From IMG/VR virus record IMGVR_UViG_3300020473_000016: a DNA stretch of 64,000 nucleotides. One strand, written 5' to 3'. The notes beneath the pieces are model-generated. The model saw only the letters and a list, made by a program, of their open reading frames with translations. It was not told where the DNA came from and ran no database searches. Position 1 is the stretch's first letter. Every line of letters begins with the position of its first letter. A program made the translations under genes and the position numbers. Below are positions 63,493 to 64,000 of this stretch, one piece after another. The DNA is from a virus.

Positions 63493-63701
63493 TTTCTATT
63501 TATAGCTCTAATATCCTTTACCCATGCACGAAACATCTCACCACTCTCAGTGACACAGATAACATAGTTCACACCTGACCTATGAATCTTACCTTTCTGT
63601 CCTGTGTTGGCATTCATTACATAGTCACCCTCAACAAACACTTCCTTCTTACGGTAGTGCTGTCGTAGTGCTTGTTCACGTAGTTTCTTAAAGTCTTTCA
63701 T
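63489..63701 (-). CDS. Conserved hypothetical protein
   Basis: F..GD.V....G..G.I.R.G.NYVIC..E. Confidence 0.7.
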   Translation of the reverse strand: MKDFKKLREQALRQHYRKKEVFVEGDYVMNANTGQKGKIHRSGVNYVICVTESGEMFRAWVKDIRAINRN

Positions 63702-64000
63702 AAACCTTGACCTTTACGAACATCTCTCATAAGTTTTGCTGCATCATCTGCACTTAGTAATCCAGTAAGAGCATTTTGAAATTCTCCCCACTTACCAGCT
63801 TTAGCATATCCTCTCATTTTACTAGCAGACATACCAGAAACATCATTATCATTATCAGGATCTCGTTCTCCTGCTGACTTAACCTCTATACTTTTAAAAG
63901 CATATTCTACTGTCTTATCTGGATCATTAGGATCTCTATTATACTTGTTTAATAAGGTAGTAAAGTCCTGAACTCTATCAGATCCAACAATCATACACAC
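63698..64000 (-). CDS. Cytidyltransferase-like protein, C-terminal part (5' end outside window)
   Basis: MIVGSDR, SAGERDPD and GMSASKMR motifs. Confidence 0.85.
   Translation of the reverse strand: MCMIVGSDRVQDFTTLLNKYNRDPNDPDKTVEYAFKSIEVKSAGERDPDNDNDVSGMSASKMRGYAKAGKWGEFQNALTGLLSADDAAKLMRDVRKGQGL

Noticed and set aside
1-64000. tRNA, rRNA, integrase, transposase or CRISPR array
   Set aside because: No cloverleaf with T-loop GTTCGA and acceptor stem was seen in intergenic gaps, and no such genes or regular repeats were seen. This was a visual scan only; tRNAscan-SE would be decisive.

Overview
A 64 kb segment of a lytic T4-like cyanomyovirus (marine Prochlorococcus/Synechococcus phage). It is AT-rich and almost entirely encoded on the minus strand. 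From left to right it holds: the 5' part of a large virion protein; an auxiliary block (flavin-dependent halogenase, 2OG-Fe(II) oxygenases, cpeT, a porin-like beta-barrel); the baseplate/tail module (split gp5, cp12 inserted, gp27-like hub, tape-measure-like gene, gp26/gp51, gp54-like, gp4, gp2, gp48, gp53); pcyA-pebS-gp32; gp33-exonuclease-phoH-thyX; a riboswitch-controlled DUF4278 peptide; purC-psbA with a cluster of hli/psbN-like microproteins; a plus-strand trio of secreted proteins; five large fibre-like genes, one carrying a subtilase; a DUF401-like transporter; glutaredoxin-talC; nrdB-nrdA-primase; and head-region hypotheticals ending in a partial cytidyltransferase. I saw no tRNA, rRNA, CRISPR array, integrase, transposase, intron or intein. 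The most notable signals are: (1) a lambda G/GT-type programmed -1 frameshift joining gp26 to the gp51 module directly upstream of the tape-measure gene; (2) four structured RNAs (tandem glutamine riboswitch, manA-like, PhotoRC-II-like, and an unassigned pseudoknotted leader); (3) +1-frame ORFs nested in the GIY-YIG gene, nrdA and primase, with local avoidance of NTA codons; and (4) a probable AUA start coupled to an upstream stop codon. All family names come from motif recognition and T4-like synteny; no database search was run.
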